Positions 1 to 11,121 of a stretch of 64,000 bases of DNA are shown here, piece after piece (position 1 is the first letter of the stretch; the number at the start of each line of letters is the position of its first letter). Under the pieces are notes generated by a model. That model saw only the letters and a list, made by a program, of their open reading frames with translations, ran no database searches and had not been told where the DNA came from. Location of the stretch: positions 896,001 through 960,000 of the forward strand of contig CAWCFX010000001.1 of NCBI GenBank assembly GCA_963795085.1, read 5' to 3'. The translations under genes were made by a program, and so were the position numbers. This DNA comes from an uncultured Gemmatimonadales bacterium (GTDB taxonomy: Bacteria > Gemmatimonadota > Gemmatimonadetes > Gemmatimonadales > GWC2-71-9).

Positions 1-2
1 AG

Positions 3-1847
<1,845 letters not shown>

Positions 1848-1850
1848 CGT

Positions 1851-1901
1851 GCAGTGAGAAGTGAGGAGTAAGCAGTGAGCGGTGCGCGCGGCCGCTCACT
1901 G
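1851..1901. repeat. Degenerate heptamer tandem (GCAGTGA-like) ending in a hairpin
   Basis: GCAGTGA GAAGTGA GGAGTAA GCAGTGA; 10-bp stem CAGTGAGCGG (1873-1882) / CCGCTCACTG (1892-1901). Confidence 0.7.
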
Positions 1902-1930
1902 GCTGCTGGATTCCCCCTCCGGAGCCACTG

Positions 1931-3478
1931 ATGAATCAATTGTTTCTCCGCAAATCCGTCGAGGACTGCGAAAACGACATCGCCGAGCGGAGTGGCCTCA
2001 AGCGCACCCTGACCAAGTGGCACCTGACCGCACTGGGCGTGGGGGCCACCATCGGCGCCGGCATCTTCGCGACGACGGGCACCGCCATCGTCGGCGACCC
2101 GCTGCGGCCGGGGGCCGGGCCGGCCATCGTACTGTCCTTCCTGCTCACCGCGGTGGCCTGCGGGTTTGCGGCGCTCTGTTACGCCGAGTTCGCCGCCATG
2201 GTCCCGATTTCCGGCTCCGCGTACACCTACGCCTACGCCTCCCTCGGCGAGTTCGTCGCCTGGATCATCGGGTGGGACCTGATCGTGGAGTACGCGGTGG
2301 GCAACATCGGGGTGGCGATCGGCTGGTCGGGCCACTTCCGGGAACTGATGCATCATTTCGGACTGACATTACCTCCCTGGCTGGCCACCGACTACCGGTC
2401 GGCCGGCATGGCGGTGGAGGCGGTGGCCGCGGGCGCCACCGATCCGCTGAACGTCTATCTGGCCACGGCCGGGTCCACCGCCCCGCACCTGTTCGGGTTT
2501 CCCCTGATCATCAACCTGCCGGCGATGCTGGTGGTGCTGGCCATCACGGTGATCCTGGTGATCGGCATCAAGGAGTCGGCCAATTCCAACAATGCGATGG
2601 TGATCCTCAAGATCGCCATCATCCTGTTCTTCATCGGGGTGGGAGCGTTCCTCATCAAGCCGGAGAACTGGACCAACCCCGACCTCGGCGGCTTCGCCCC
2701 CAACGGGTTCAAGGGCATCAGCGCCGCGGCGGCCATCATCTTCTTCAGTTATATCGGGTTCGACGCGGTGTCCACCGCGGCGGAAGAGGCCAAGAACCCG
2801 GCCAAGGACATGCCGTTCGGCATTATCATGAGCCTGCTGATCTGCACGGTCCTGTATATCCTGCTTTCCATCGTGATGACCGGCATGGCGCCCTGGACCA
2901 AGCTCGGCACCGCCGAACCGATGATCACGGCGCTGTCGTTCGCCGAAGGCCCCCCCAAGCTGCTCGCCGCTTCCCGGTTCATCATCGCGCTGGGCGCCGT
3001 CATCGCCATGGGCAGCGTGCTGCTGGTGTTCCAGCTGGGCCAGCCCCGGATCTTCTTCTCCATGGCGCGGGACGGGCTGCTGCCGAAGTTCTTCACCAAG
3101 GTGCATCCCCGGTTCAAGACCCCCTGGGTCGGCACCGTGCTGACCGGCGCGTTCGTCGCCACGTTCGCCGGGTTCGCCAACATCGCCGAGGTGGTGGACC
3201 TGACCAACATCGGCACCCTGTTCGCCTTCGTGCTGGTGTCCCTCGGCGTGATCGTGCTCCGGTACAAGGACCCGGCGCGGGTACGGCCCTTCCGGGTGCC
3301 CTGGGTCCCGCTCACGCCGCTCATCTCGATCTTCGCCTGCCTCTACCTGATGCTGCAGCTGCCCTACGTGACCTGGATCCGGTTCGCGATCTGGCTGGCC
3401 ATCGGCCTGGTGGTCTATTTCCTCTACGGAATCCGGAACAGCCGGCTGCGGGCGAGGGCGGAAGGCCGGGAGGTTTGA
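1931..3478 (+). CDS. Amino acid permease (APC family, cationic amino acid transporter-like)
   Basis: GATIGAGIF, GSAYTY and IGFDAVSTAAEE motifs; many TM helices; GGAG RBS upstream. Confidence 0.92.
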   Translation: MNQLFLRKSVEDCENDIAERSGLKRTLTKWHLTALGVGATIGAGIFATTGTAIVGDPLRPGAGPAIVLSFLLTAVACGFAALCYAEFAAMVPISGSAYTYAYASLGEFVAWIIGWDLIVEYAVGNIGVAIGWSGHFRELMHHFGLTLPPWLATDYRSAGMAVEAVAAGATDPLNVYLATAGSTAPHLFGFPLIINLPAMLVVLAITVILVIGIKESANSNNAMVILKIAIILFFIGVGAFLIKPENWTNPDLGGFAPNGFKGISAAAAIIFFSYIGFDAVSTAAEEAKNPAKDMPFGIIMSLLICTVLYILLSIVMTGMAPWTKLGTAEPMITALSFAEGPPKLLAASRFIIALGAVIAMGSVLLVFQLGQPRIFFSMARDGLLPKFFTKVHPRFKTPWVGTVLTGAFVATFAGFANIAEVVDLTNIGTLFAFVLVSLGVIVLRYKDPARVRPFRVPWVPLTPLISIFACLYLMLQLPYVTWIRFAIWLAIGLVVYFLYGIRNSRLRARAEGREV

Positions 3479-3526
3479 ACGGGGCGGGGCAGGCGGTGAG
3501 CGGGGCCTGGCAGCCGCGCGCACCGC

Positions 3527-4435
3527 TCACCCCTGCTGGATGAGCTTTTCCGCCAGATGCAGTGCCCCCAGGGCGGGCTCGATCGAAAACCGGATGACGC
3601 TGAGCCGTTGCTCCTCGCCCAGGCGGTCGAGTACCATGGCGCGGAGCGCGCGCTCCGGCGCCAGGATGCCGCCGGTGACCGCGACCTGGATCGGCTCGTC
3701 CTCGCCGAAGTGGCGCAGCAGGCTCAGCACCAGCTGCCCCAGTTCTCTCGCCGCATAGTCCACGATACCCTGGGCCACCCGGTCGCCCTGGGCGGCCACC
3801 TCCATGACCACCGGCGCCAGCGCGCTCACCTCGGAGGCTGAGGCGTTGGCGGCCCAGGTGATGAGCCCCTCGAAATCGGCCACCCGCAGCACGGCCGGGA
3901 TGCGGTCGCTGAGCGCGGTGGCCGACCCCCGGTCGTCCGCCGCCCGGCTCAGTGCGCTCAGCGCGGCGCGCCCGATCGCATAGCCGCTGCCTTCATCGCC
4001 CATCTGCCAGCCATAGCCGCCGCTCCGGTGCACCAGGCCGTCCGCCGTCCGCGCCAGGGCGATGCTCCCGGTCCCCGCGCTCACCACGATGCCGGGCCCC
4101 CGGCCGAAGGCGGCGGCCATGGCGATTTCAATGTCGGTGGTGACCAGCACCTGCCGCGCGATCTGCTCGCTCCGAATGGCCCGTTCCAGTTCCTGTTTCT
4201 CCGCCGGCCGGCCCGCGCCGGCCGCGCCCACCACCATCGCGTCGGCCTGGAGATGGCCACTGGCGGAGAGCGCCCGGCGCACCGTGTCGGCGATGGCGCT
4301 GGCCGCCACCAGGGCCCGGCCCGGCCGGATCGCCCCGCCGGGTCCGTCGGCGCGGGCCAGGATAGTATGGCCATCGCCGACCACCGCGGCGGTCTTGGTT
4401 CCTCCCGCATCGACTCCGATGACGATCTGTTTCAC
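3527..4435 (-). CDS. BadF/BadG/BcrA/BcrD-family sugar kinase (N-acetylglucosamine/N-acetylmuramate kinase-like)
   Basis: GVDAGGTKT, VSAGTGS and GGYGWQMGDEGSG motifs; GTG start at 4435 overlaps the upstream stop (GTGA). Confidence 0.88.
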   Translation of the reverse strand: MKQIVIGVDAGGTKTAAVVGDGHTILARADGPGGAIRPGRALVAASAIADTVRRALSASGHLQADAMVVGAAGAGRPAEKQELERAIRSEQIARQVLVTTDIEIAMAAAFGRGPGIVVSAGTGSIALARTADGLVHRSGGYGWQMGDEGSGYAIGRAALSALSRAADDRGSATALSDRIPAVLRVADFEGLITWAANASASEVSALAPVVMEVAAQGDRVAQGIVDYAARELGQLVLSLLRHFGEDEPIQVAVTGGILAPERALRAMVLDRLGEEQRLSVIRFSIEPALGALHLAEKLIQQG

Positions 4436-5916
4436 CGCGCCGTTCCTCCGCTGGATCGCGCCAGCGCGCTCGAGAGAATTCCGACCAGCATCGTGATGCC
4501 GGTGCCCAGCGGCACGTACCAGGGCCAGGCCAGGCGGCCGGCCGGGGCCAGCCATCCCATGCCCGGCAGCCCGCTGATGCGGCCGGCGAACAGGATGACC
4601 AGCATGATAACCACGGTGACCGTCATCGCCGCGATGACGTCCCGCCCGCGCACGCGGGAGAACCGCGACGCCAGGATGTAGGTGCCCAGCAGGGCGCCGT
4701 AGGTGACCGAGGCGATGGAGAGGGCGAGGACCACCACCGGGGTGTTCTGTCCCCCGGCCAGGAAGTGAAAGGCCAGCGCCCCCAGCGTGATGCCCGCGGC
4801 CCAGAGCAGGGAAAACCAGCGTCCCACCTTCAGCAGGTGGACCGGATCTCGGCGGCCGGTCAGGCCGGCGTACCAGTCGTGGGTGACCGAGGAAGCCAGC
4901 GCGTTGATCGCCGAGCTCTGGGTGCTCATCGCGGCCGCCATGATGGCGGCGATCATCAGGCCGGCCAGGCCGGTGGGAAGCTGTTCGACGACGAATCGCG
5001 GGAAGATCTCGTCCGGGCGGAGCGACTCGGGGGCGAGCCCGGCCGCCCAGATGGCGCTGCCGATCAGCAGGAAGAGCAGGAACTGGAAGATCACCACGAC
5101 GCCGGATCCCACCAGGGCGAAGCGCCCCGCCTGGAGCGACCGGCTGGCCAGCACCCGCTGTACGATTAACTGGTCGGTTCCGTGGCTGGCCGCCGAGAGC
5201 ATGCCGCCGCCGATCAGTCCGCCGAGCAGGGTGTAGGTCGAGGTGAAGTTGAAGTCGGGCGAGATGAGCCGCAGCTTGCCAGCCTCGCTCGCCGCCGCCA
5301 GGGCCTCGCCGGGGCCGCCGGCCAGGTGCCAGGCGATGCCCAGCGCCGCCATTCCGCCTGCCAGGTACACCACCAGTTGCAGTACGTCCACCCACACCAC
5401 GGCCTTGAGCCCGCCGTGCCAGGTGTAGATGACGGTCACCACGCTCATGGCGACGATCGACCAGGGAATGCTCCATCCCGCGAGCACCGCCAGGGGAATC
5501 GCGCTGGCGAAGACCCGGACGCCGTCGCCCAGGAACCGGGTGCCGAGAAAGACCAGCGAGGCGAGCCGCCGGGTGTGGGGGCCGAACCGGGTCTCCAGCC
5601 GTTTATAGGCGGTCTCCTGTTCGCCGTTGAAATAGCCCGGCAACAGCCACCAGGCCACCACGATCCTGCCGATGAGGTAACCAAAGCTGAGCTGCAGAAA
5701 GGTCAGGTCGCCGCGGGCGGCGACGGCCGGCACCGAGATGACCGTGAGCGCCGAGGTCTCGGTGGCCACGATGGAAAGCAGGATGGCCCAGGCGGGAATG
5801 TCGCGGGCCCCCAGAAAATAGTCGCTCGCGTCCTTCTGCCGGCGGGAGACCCAGAACCCCACCCCCAGCGTGAAGACGAAGTACACCGCGATGATGCCGA
5901 GGTCGAGGGGGGCCAT
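4432..5916 (-). CDS. Sodium:solute symporter (SSS family)
   Basis: DYFLGAR, SIVATETS, GGLKAVVWVD, DQLIVQR and AAAMST motifs. Confidence 0.9.
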   Translation of the reverse strand: MAPLDLGIIAVYFVFTLGVGFWVSRRQKDASDYFLGARDIPAWAILLSIVATETSALTVISVPAVAARGDLTFLQLSFGYLIGRIVVAWWLLPGYFNGEQETAYKRLETRFGPHTRRLASLVFLGTRFLGDGVRVFASAIPLAVLAGWSIPWSIVAMSVVTVIYTWHGGLKAVVWVDVLQLVVYLAGGMAALGIAWHLAGGPGEALAAASEAGKLRLISPDFNFTSTYTLLGGLIGGGMLSAASHGTDQLIVQRVLASRSLQAGRFALVGSGVVVIFQFLLFLLIGSAIWAAGLAPESLRPDEIFPRFVVEQLPTGLAGLMIAAIMAAAMSTQSSAINALASSVTHDWYAGLTGRRDPVHLLKVGRWFSLLWAAGITLGALAFHFLAGGQNTPVVVLALSIASVTYGALLGTYILASRFSRVRGRDVIAAMTVTVVIMLVILFAGRISGLPGMGWLAPAGRLAWPWYVPLGTGITMLVGILSSALARSSGGTAR

Positions 5917-6014
5917 TGGGGATGCTGGATTTCGGGTTGGAAACCGGGCGGGCGTCCTGGACGGTCATCGTGGGCGAACGTACCGGGCGGGCAGGAAAAC
6001 GTTGGTCCGCCTGT

Positions 6015-6050
6015 TTCGCCCGCCCCCTTCGCCCGCCCGGTTCGCCCGCC
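6015..6050. repeat. TTCGCCCGCC x3 with a 13-nt period
   Basis: Copies at 6015, 6028 and 6041. Confidence 0.6.
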
Positions 6051-6054
6051 GAAT

Positions 6055-6090
6055 AAAAAAAAGGCCCCCGGATCGCGCCGTGAGCCTTTC
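6055..6090 (-). terminator. Probable intrinsic terminator after the iscA-like gene
   Basis: Minus strand reads AAAGGCTC-ACGG..CCG-GGGGCCTTT followed by a long T run. Confidence 0.6.
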
Positions 6091-6109
6091 CGTATTTATC
6101 GAGAACCGG

Positions 6110-6478
6110 TCACGCGGTGAAGCTGCTCCCGCATCCGCAACCGCCGCTCGCGTTGGGATTGCTGAACGTGAACCCGCTGCCCTGCATCGAGCTGGTATGG
6201 TCGATCGTGATGCCGTTGAGGTACTGGGCGCTGAACCCGTCCACGAAGATCCGCACGCTGTTGATCTCGAGGACCATGTCATCGTCCAGGGCGCGCTCTT
6301 CGATATTCAAGCTGTATTTGAAGCCCGAGCACCCGCCGGGGAGCACACTCACCCTGAGCCCCGCGCTCTCCGCCGGTACCTGCTCGGCGGCGATGAACTT
6401 GACGACCTCCTGGGCGGCCTTGTCGGTCAGCTTCAGGGTCAGGCCCGACGTTTCAGACTGCTGTTCGGTGTTGCTCAT
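6110..6478 (-). CDS. A-type Fe-S cluster carrier (IscA/HesB/ErpA family)
   Basis: GGCSGFKY and NPNASGGCGCGSSF motifs; AGGA RBS. Confidence 0.95.
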   Translation of the reverse strand: MSNTEQQSETSGLTLKLTDKAAQEVVKFIAAEQVPAESAGLRVSVLPGGCSGFKYSLNIEERALDDDMVLEINSVRIFVDGFSAQYLNGITIDHTSSMQGSGFTFSNPNASGGCGCGSSFTA

Positions 6479-6557
6479 ACTTCCTAACTCCTTTGATCGC
6501 CTCAGGTTGGGCGATGAATCCAGGGGGAAAACGCCCTGTCGAATAGTAGTGGTTCAG

Positions 6558-6716
6558 CCCCAATCTCTCAATCCCCAATTCCCCAATTCCCTCAATTCCC
6601 CCATTCCCTCAATTCCCCCATTCCCTCAATTCCCTCAATTCCCCCATTCCCTCAATTCCCTCAATTCCCTCAATTCCCCTCAATTCCCCCATTCCCTCAA
6701 TTCCCCCATTCCCCCA
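6558..6716. repeat. Mixed 8/9-mer tandem repeat (CCCTCAATT / CCCCCATT)
   Basis: About 160 bp of interspersed units; overlaps the last codons (GEWGN*) of the serine hydrolase. Confidence 0.9.
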
Positions 6717-7908
6717 CCACCCGTTCCGCCACCCCCCGCCGGACCGCCCCGATCCGGTTGTTCTCCCGGGTGGGGTGGACCCGGTTCGTCAGGAGAACAA
6801 TCACCAGTTCCCGAGTCGGATCGATCCAGATCGATGTGCCGGTAAACCCGGTGTGGCCCACGCTGGTCGAATCGAGCAGGCGGCCCGCGCTGCTTCCCTC
6901 CGACGGGGTGTCCCACCCCAGCGCCCGGCTGGAGCCGGCGGGGATATGCTGCCGCACGAAAAAGGACGGGGGGGCGAGGACGACCGGCAGCGGCGTGCTC
7001 CCTCCGGGCTTGCCCGCCGCCGCGTCGATCGCCGCGTTCCGGCGCGCCAGGAGCCATTCGCCGAAGCGGAGCAGGTCCGGCGCGGTGCTGAAGAGACCGG
7101 CGTGGCCCGAAACGCCATCGAGCCGCGCCGCATTCTCGTCATGCACTTCGCCCCGGAGCACCCGGCCCCGCCAGGGATCGTTCTCGGTCGGGGCGATCCG
7201 TTCGATCCACGCCGCGGGAGGAAGGAAGCGGGTGTGCGGCATGTTGAGCGGCGCGAAGACCCGGTGCTCCAGCAGGGTATCGAGGCGGGTACGATAGACG
7301 GCCTCGAGCGCCTGGGTGAGCACGATGGCGCCAAGGTCGGAATACACGTAGCGAAGGCCGGGCGCGGTATCGAGCGGTGTCGTGTCGGCCAGCACCAGCG
7401 CAGCTTCCCTCGTCGCCGCCTCGCGGTAGAGCGGGCGCCAGGCCGGCAGGCCGCTGGCGTGCACCAGGAGCTGCCGGACGGTGACCTTGTCCTTGCCGGC
7501 GCCGCCGAACGCCGGTACGTAGCGCTGGACCGGCGCGTCCAGTTCGATCAACCCGGAATCGACGGCCAGCATCAGGCCGGTCGTGAGCCCCACCACCTTG
7601 GTGAGGGATGCGAGGTCGTACACCGTGGTGCTGTCGGGAACCGTGGGATCATCCAGCCCTAGCCGGCCGGTGCCGTGGATGAACCAGCGGCCCTGCTGGC
7701 TCACCGCGAGAACGGCGCCCGGCGCCGCGCCGGCGGCGATGGCGGAATCGAGGAACCGGGCCGCCTGGGGAAACCGGAGCGGCCGGGCCGCCAGCCGGCC
7801 CGGGTCCATTGATGGCTTGATCGCGGGAGTCTGCTGCGCGGCACAGGCGCCGGAGGCCAGCAGCAGCCCGGCCGCAAGAGTGGCGGATCGAATGAACTTC
7901 ACGGGCAT
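6697..7908 (-). CDS. Exported serine hydrolase, beta-lactamase class C-like (AmiE/NamA-type amidase candidate)
   Basis: SxxK (ASLTK), YSD and GHTGFTG motifs; N-terminal signal peptide; adjacent to GH3 and DUF1343 genes. Confidence 0.85.
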   Translation of the reverse strand: MPVKFIRSATLAAGLLLASGACAAQQTPAIKPSMDPGRLAARPLRFPQAARFLDSAIAAGAAPGAVLAVSQQGRWFIHGTGRLGLDDPTVPDSTTVYDLASLTKVVGLTTGLMLAVDSGLIELDAPVQRYVPAFGGAGKDKVTVRQLLVHASGLPAWRPLYREAATREAALVLADTTPLDTAPGLRYVYSDLGAIVLTQALEAVYRTRLDTLLEHRVFAPLNMPHTRFLPPAAWIERIAPTENDPWRGRVLRGEVHDENAARLDGVSGHAGLFSTAPDLLRFGEWLLARRNAAIDAAAGKPGGSTPLPVVLAPPSFFVRQHIPAGSSRALGWDTPSEGSSAGRLLDSTSVGHTGFTGTSIWIDPTRELVIVLLTNRVHPTRENNRIGAVRRGVAERVVGEWGN

Positions 7909-7929
7909 CTCCTCCCCGAACCAGGCCGG

Positions 7930-9711
7930 TCAGCGCGCCCGCGCGCCGGTCTTCCTGATCCCAGATCCAATGGCGCCCCCGCCGGGCACCGTGATAGGCA
8001 AGGTGCCGGTGATCGGCGCGGTCCCGGCGAGTGCTGCCGCCATGGCCCGCTCGTTGATGCCCCGGGCCTGCCAGCCAAGGAGGTAGGACCCCACCCGGGG
8101 CGCCTGGCTGATCAGGTACGGCGAGCCCAGCGAAACCAGGACGGTGCGCTTGTTCCTGGCGGCACCGTCCATCAGCGCGGCAAAGGCGGCGGGCAGCCCG
8201 ATATTTCCGCTCCACGCGGTGGCCCGCACCGAGGCAACGAAGACCGCAATGCCGTTGCCGGCGATCGCCGTGCGCGCCGAGTCATAGCTGGCGGGGCCGC
8301 TCTGGGGGTAGAGGCGGAAACTGGAGACCCGGTATCCCCGGCTCCGCAGCTCGCCGATCAGGGTGACTCCGGCGTCTTCGTAGGCGACGACGGTCAGCGG
8401 CTGGGGGCGGGCCCGGAGGCTGTCCACGGTGCCCAGGCTGTCTTTGACGAGGACGATCGACCGGGCGGTGACATCCTCGGCGATCCGCTGATATCCCGCC
8501 GCCCCGACATACGCGGGGATCCGGTCGAGCGGAACCAGCCGCTCGGCGAAGAGCCCCAACCGGTTCTTGAGCTGCAGGATGCGGGAGACGCTGGAGTCGA
8601 GCCGGGCCGGGGACACGCGGCCGGTTTCGACCGCCCGCACCATCGCGTCGATGGCCACCGCCGGGTCGGCCGGCTGCAGCAGGAGGTCCGCGCCGGCCAG
8701 GAAGGCGAGCACGGCGGCTTCGCCGGCACCGTAACCGCTCACGAGCGCGCCCATGTTGAGCGCGTCGGTCACGATCAGCCCGTCGAAGCCGAGCGAGTCC
8801 CGGAGGATGCCGGTGAGGATGTTGGGCGCCAGGGTCGCCGGCCGGGACCGGCCCGAATCGATGCCCGGCAGCGCGATGTGCGCCGACATGACCGCCGTCA
8901 CCCCGGCCTTGACCGCGGCGCGGAAGGGCACCAGCTCCACCGAGTCGAGCCGCGGCCAGCTCGCGGTGATCACCGGGAGCGAGATATGGGAATCGGTGCC
9001 GGTGTCGCCATGGCCGGGAAAGTGTTTCGCCGTCGCGTACATGCCGTGGTCCTGCAGCCCGCGCACCTGCGCCCCCACCATCCGGGCGACCAGGGCCGGG
9101 TCCTCGCCGAAGCTGCGGGTGTTGATGATCGGGTTGGCCGGGTTGTTGTTGACGTCCGCCACCGGCGCGAACGTCATGTGAATGCCCACGGCCCGTCCTT
9201 CCAGCGCGGTGATGCGGCCCATCTCGTAGGCATCGAGGTCGCTTCCCGCCGCGGCCACGCCCATATTGCTGGGAAAGGCGGTGCCCCCGTTGAGCCGGAA
9301 GCTCGACCCGCTTTCCAGGTCGGATGCCACCAGCAGGGGGAACGGGGCCAGCTGCTGCAGCCGGTTGAGCTTGGCCGCCACGTCCATCGGTGAGCCGATC
9401 GACACGATGATCCCGCCGACGTGCAGCGAATCGACCCAGCGCTGGATCCGGGCGAAGGCGGTATCGTCATAGCTCGCGTACGCGCCGTTGATCCACGGCA
9501 TGACCAGCTGGGCCACCCGGTCCCGGGTGGAGAGCGAGGAGAGGACCTGGCCCAGGCCATCCTGCTGGGCCGGGGTCGGGGCCGACCACTCGATGGCCGG
9601 CTGTTCCAGCGGCTCCGGGAGCTGGTTTTCCGCGGGGAAAGGGCCGGCCGGGGCCATCCTGCTGCAGGCGCCGGCCGCGGCGATGAACAGAAAGAGAAAG
9701 GATCGATGCAC
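7930..9711 (-). CDS. GH3 beta-N-acetylhexosaminidase lipoprotein (NagZ-like)
   Basis: KHFPGHGDTGTDSH NagZ signature and IVTDALNM; lipobox AGA-C. Confidence 0.9.
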   Translation of the reverse strand: MHRSFLFLFIAAAGACSRMAPAGPFPAENQLPEPLEQPAIEWSAPTPAQQDGLGQVLSSLSTRDRVAQLVMPWINGAYASYDDTAFARIQRWVDSLHVGGIIVSIGSPMDVAAKLNRLQQLAPFPLLVASDLESGSSFRLNGGTAFPSNMGVAAAGSDLDAYEMGRITALEGRAVGIHMTFAPVADVNNNPANPIINTRSFGEDPALVARMVGAQVRGLQDHGMYATAKHFPGHGDTGTDSHISLPVITASWPRLDSVELVPFRAAVKAGVTAVMSAHIALPGIDSGRSRPATLAPNILTGILRDSLGFDGLIVTDALNMGALVSGYGAGEAAVLAFLAGADLLLQPADPAVAIDAMVRAVETGRVSPARLDSSVSRILQLKNRLGLFAERLVPLDRIPAYVGAAGYQRIAEDVTARSIVLVKDSLGTVDSLRARPQPLTVVAYEDAGVTLIGELRSRGYRVSSFRLYPQSGPASYDSARTAIAGNGIAVFVASVRATAWSGNIGLPAAFAALMDGAARNKRTVLVSLGSPYLISQAPRVGSYLLGWQARGINERAMAAALAGTAPITGTLPITVPGGGAIGSGIRKTGARAR

Positions 9712-10962
9712 CGCTCACTCGGGTGTGTGGGATTACTGCTCTGGGGTTTCGCCTGCTCGGGCGGACCCGGCGGATCGGGCGGTTCAACGGAACTGCCACG
9801 CCGTGCGGTGGCCGCGGTCGCTCCGGGGCTCGAGGTCCTGATGACGGACAGCCTGCACCTGGTCAGCGGCCGCGCGGTCGGCCTGGTCACCAACCAGGGC
9901 GGCGTGGATGGCCGGGGCGTGCATGCCGTCGAGCGGCTCCGCGCGGCCGGGATCAACCTGGTGGCGCTGTTCAGCCCCGAGCACGGGTTCCGGGGTACCG
10001 CGGCGCCGGGCGAGGCGGTCGCCACCGGGCGCGACTCCGCCACCGGTCTTCCAATCTACAGTCTTTACGGCCGAACTTCTGCCCCTACCGACACCATGCT
10101 CGCCGGGATCGAGGTGATGCTGGTGGACCTGCCCGACGTCGGAGCCCGGTATTACACCTACATCAGCACGGCGGTGGAAGTCATGCGTGCGGCGGGACGG
10201 CGGAACATTCCGGTCGTCATCCTCGACCGGCCAAACCCGATCGGCGGACTGGTGCAGGGCAACGTGCTCGATACCGCCTACCGCTCTTTCGTCGGCCTGC
10301 TGGCGGTGCCGATGCGTCACGGAATGACACTGGGGGAACTGGCCCGCCTGGCCCGGCACGACCTGGACCTTCCGGGTTCACTCACCGTGGTGCCGGCCCG
10401 GGGCTGGACTCGGCGGCAGGCGCTCGATGAAACCGGGTTGCCCTTCATCCGGCCCAGCCCGAACCTGACCACCCTGGAGAGTCTTTTTCATTATCCCGGG
10501 GTCTGTCTCTTCGAGGGCACCAATCTCTCGGTGGGGCGGGGCAGTTCGGCGCCCTTCGAACAGGTCGCCGCCCCCTGGCTGGATACCTCCCGGGTACTGG
10601 AGCGAATCCGGGGCGCCAATCTGCCCGGGGTGGCCTTTCAGGGCGTGACCTTCACTCCCCGGGCTCCCGGCGACGGCAAGTACGCCGATACACTGGTGCA
10701 AGGGATCCGGCTCCAGGTCACCGACCGGGCGTCCTACGACCCGGCGGCCACCGCCGTGTTCCTGCTGCAGGTCATCGGCGAGGCCGAGCCGGGCCGGTTC
10801 CGGTTTCTGGCGGCCCACTTCGACCGGCTGGCCGGCGGCCCGGACCTCCGCGTGTCCCTCGCCAATGGTACGGGAGTGCCTGAGATCCTGGCCTCGTGGC
10901 AGTCGCCACGTACCCGGTTCCTGGCCCGACGCCGGGCCCTGCTCCTCTATCCGGAGCAGTGA
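9706..10962 (+). CDS. DUF1343 / NamZ-like exo-beta-N-acetylmuramidase lipoprotein
   Basis: GLVTNQ, LFSPEHGFRG, DVGARYYTY, LDRPNP, PSPN and EGTNLSVGRG motifs; ATG at 9706 gives a signal peptide with lipobox GFA-C. Confidence 0.88.
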   Translation: MHRSLGCVGLLLWGFACSGGPGGSGGSTELPRRAVAAVAPGLEVLMTDSLHLVSGRAVGLVTNQGGVDGRGVHAVERLRAAGINLVALFSPEHGFRGTAAPGEAVATGRDSATGLPIYSLYGRTSAPTDTMLAGIEVMLVDLPDVGARYYTYISTAVEVMRAAGRRNIPVVILDRPNPIGGLVQGNVLDTAYRSFVGLLAVPMRHGMTLGELARLARHDLDLPGSLTVVPARGWTRRQALDETGLPFIRPSPNLTTLESLFHYPGVCLFEGTNLSVGRGSSAPFEQVAAPWLDTSRVLERIRGANLPGVAFQGVTFTPRAPGDGKYADTLVQGIRLQVTDRASYDPAATAVFLLQVIGEAEPGRFRFLAAHFDRLAGGPDLRVSLANGTGVPEILASWQSPRTRFLARRRALLLYPEQ

Positions 10963-11092
10963 GCGGGCCCAGGTCACGCTCAGGTTGCGGGCCGGGAGCA
11001 GATTGCTCCCCGTGCCGCATGATTCGATCGGACGGGCGGAAACAGCGCCGGCGCGGGGCAGGAATTCTGGCCGCATCGGGCACTGGGCCAAG

Positions 11093-11121
11093 TTGCCCTA
11101 ACCTGTTCTGGGGATTATTCT
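11093..11121 (+). promoter_or_regulatory. Sigma70-type promoter for the phosphatidyltransferase-ino1 operon
   Basis: TTGCCC-17 nt-TATTCT. Confidence 0.55.

Noticed and set aside
3527..5476. 649-aa ORF suggesting a long kinase
   Set aside because: The N-terminal part is an off-frame read of the SSS gene; the kinase starts at GTG 4435.
6110..6478. Additional Sec recoding in IscA, the MoeB rhodanese or TrxB
   Set aside because: All their catalytic positions are ordinary Cys codons.
6558..6716. Possible CRISPR array
   Set aside because: Units are 8-9 nt with no unique spacers, and no cas genes are present.
6697..7908. Serine hydrolase as a true beta-lactamase
   Set aside because: YSD/HTG motifs and the NagZ/NamZ context fit a peptidoglycan-recycling amidase or esterase better.
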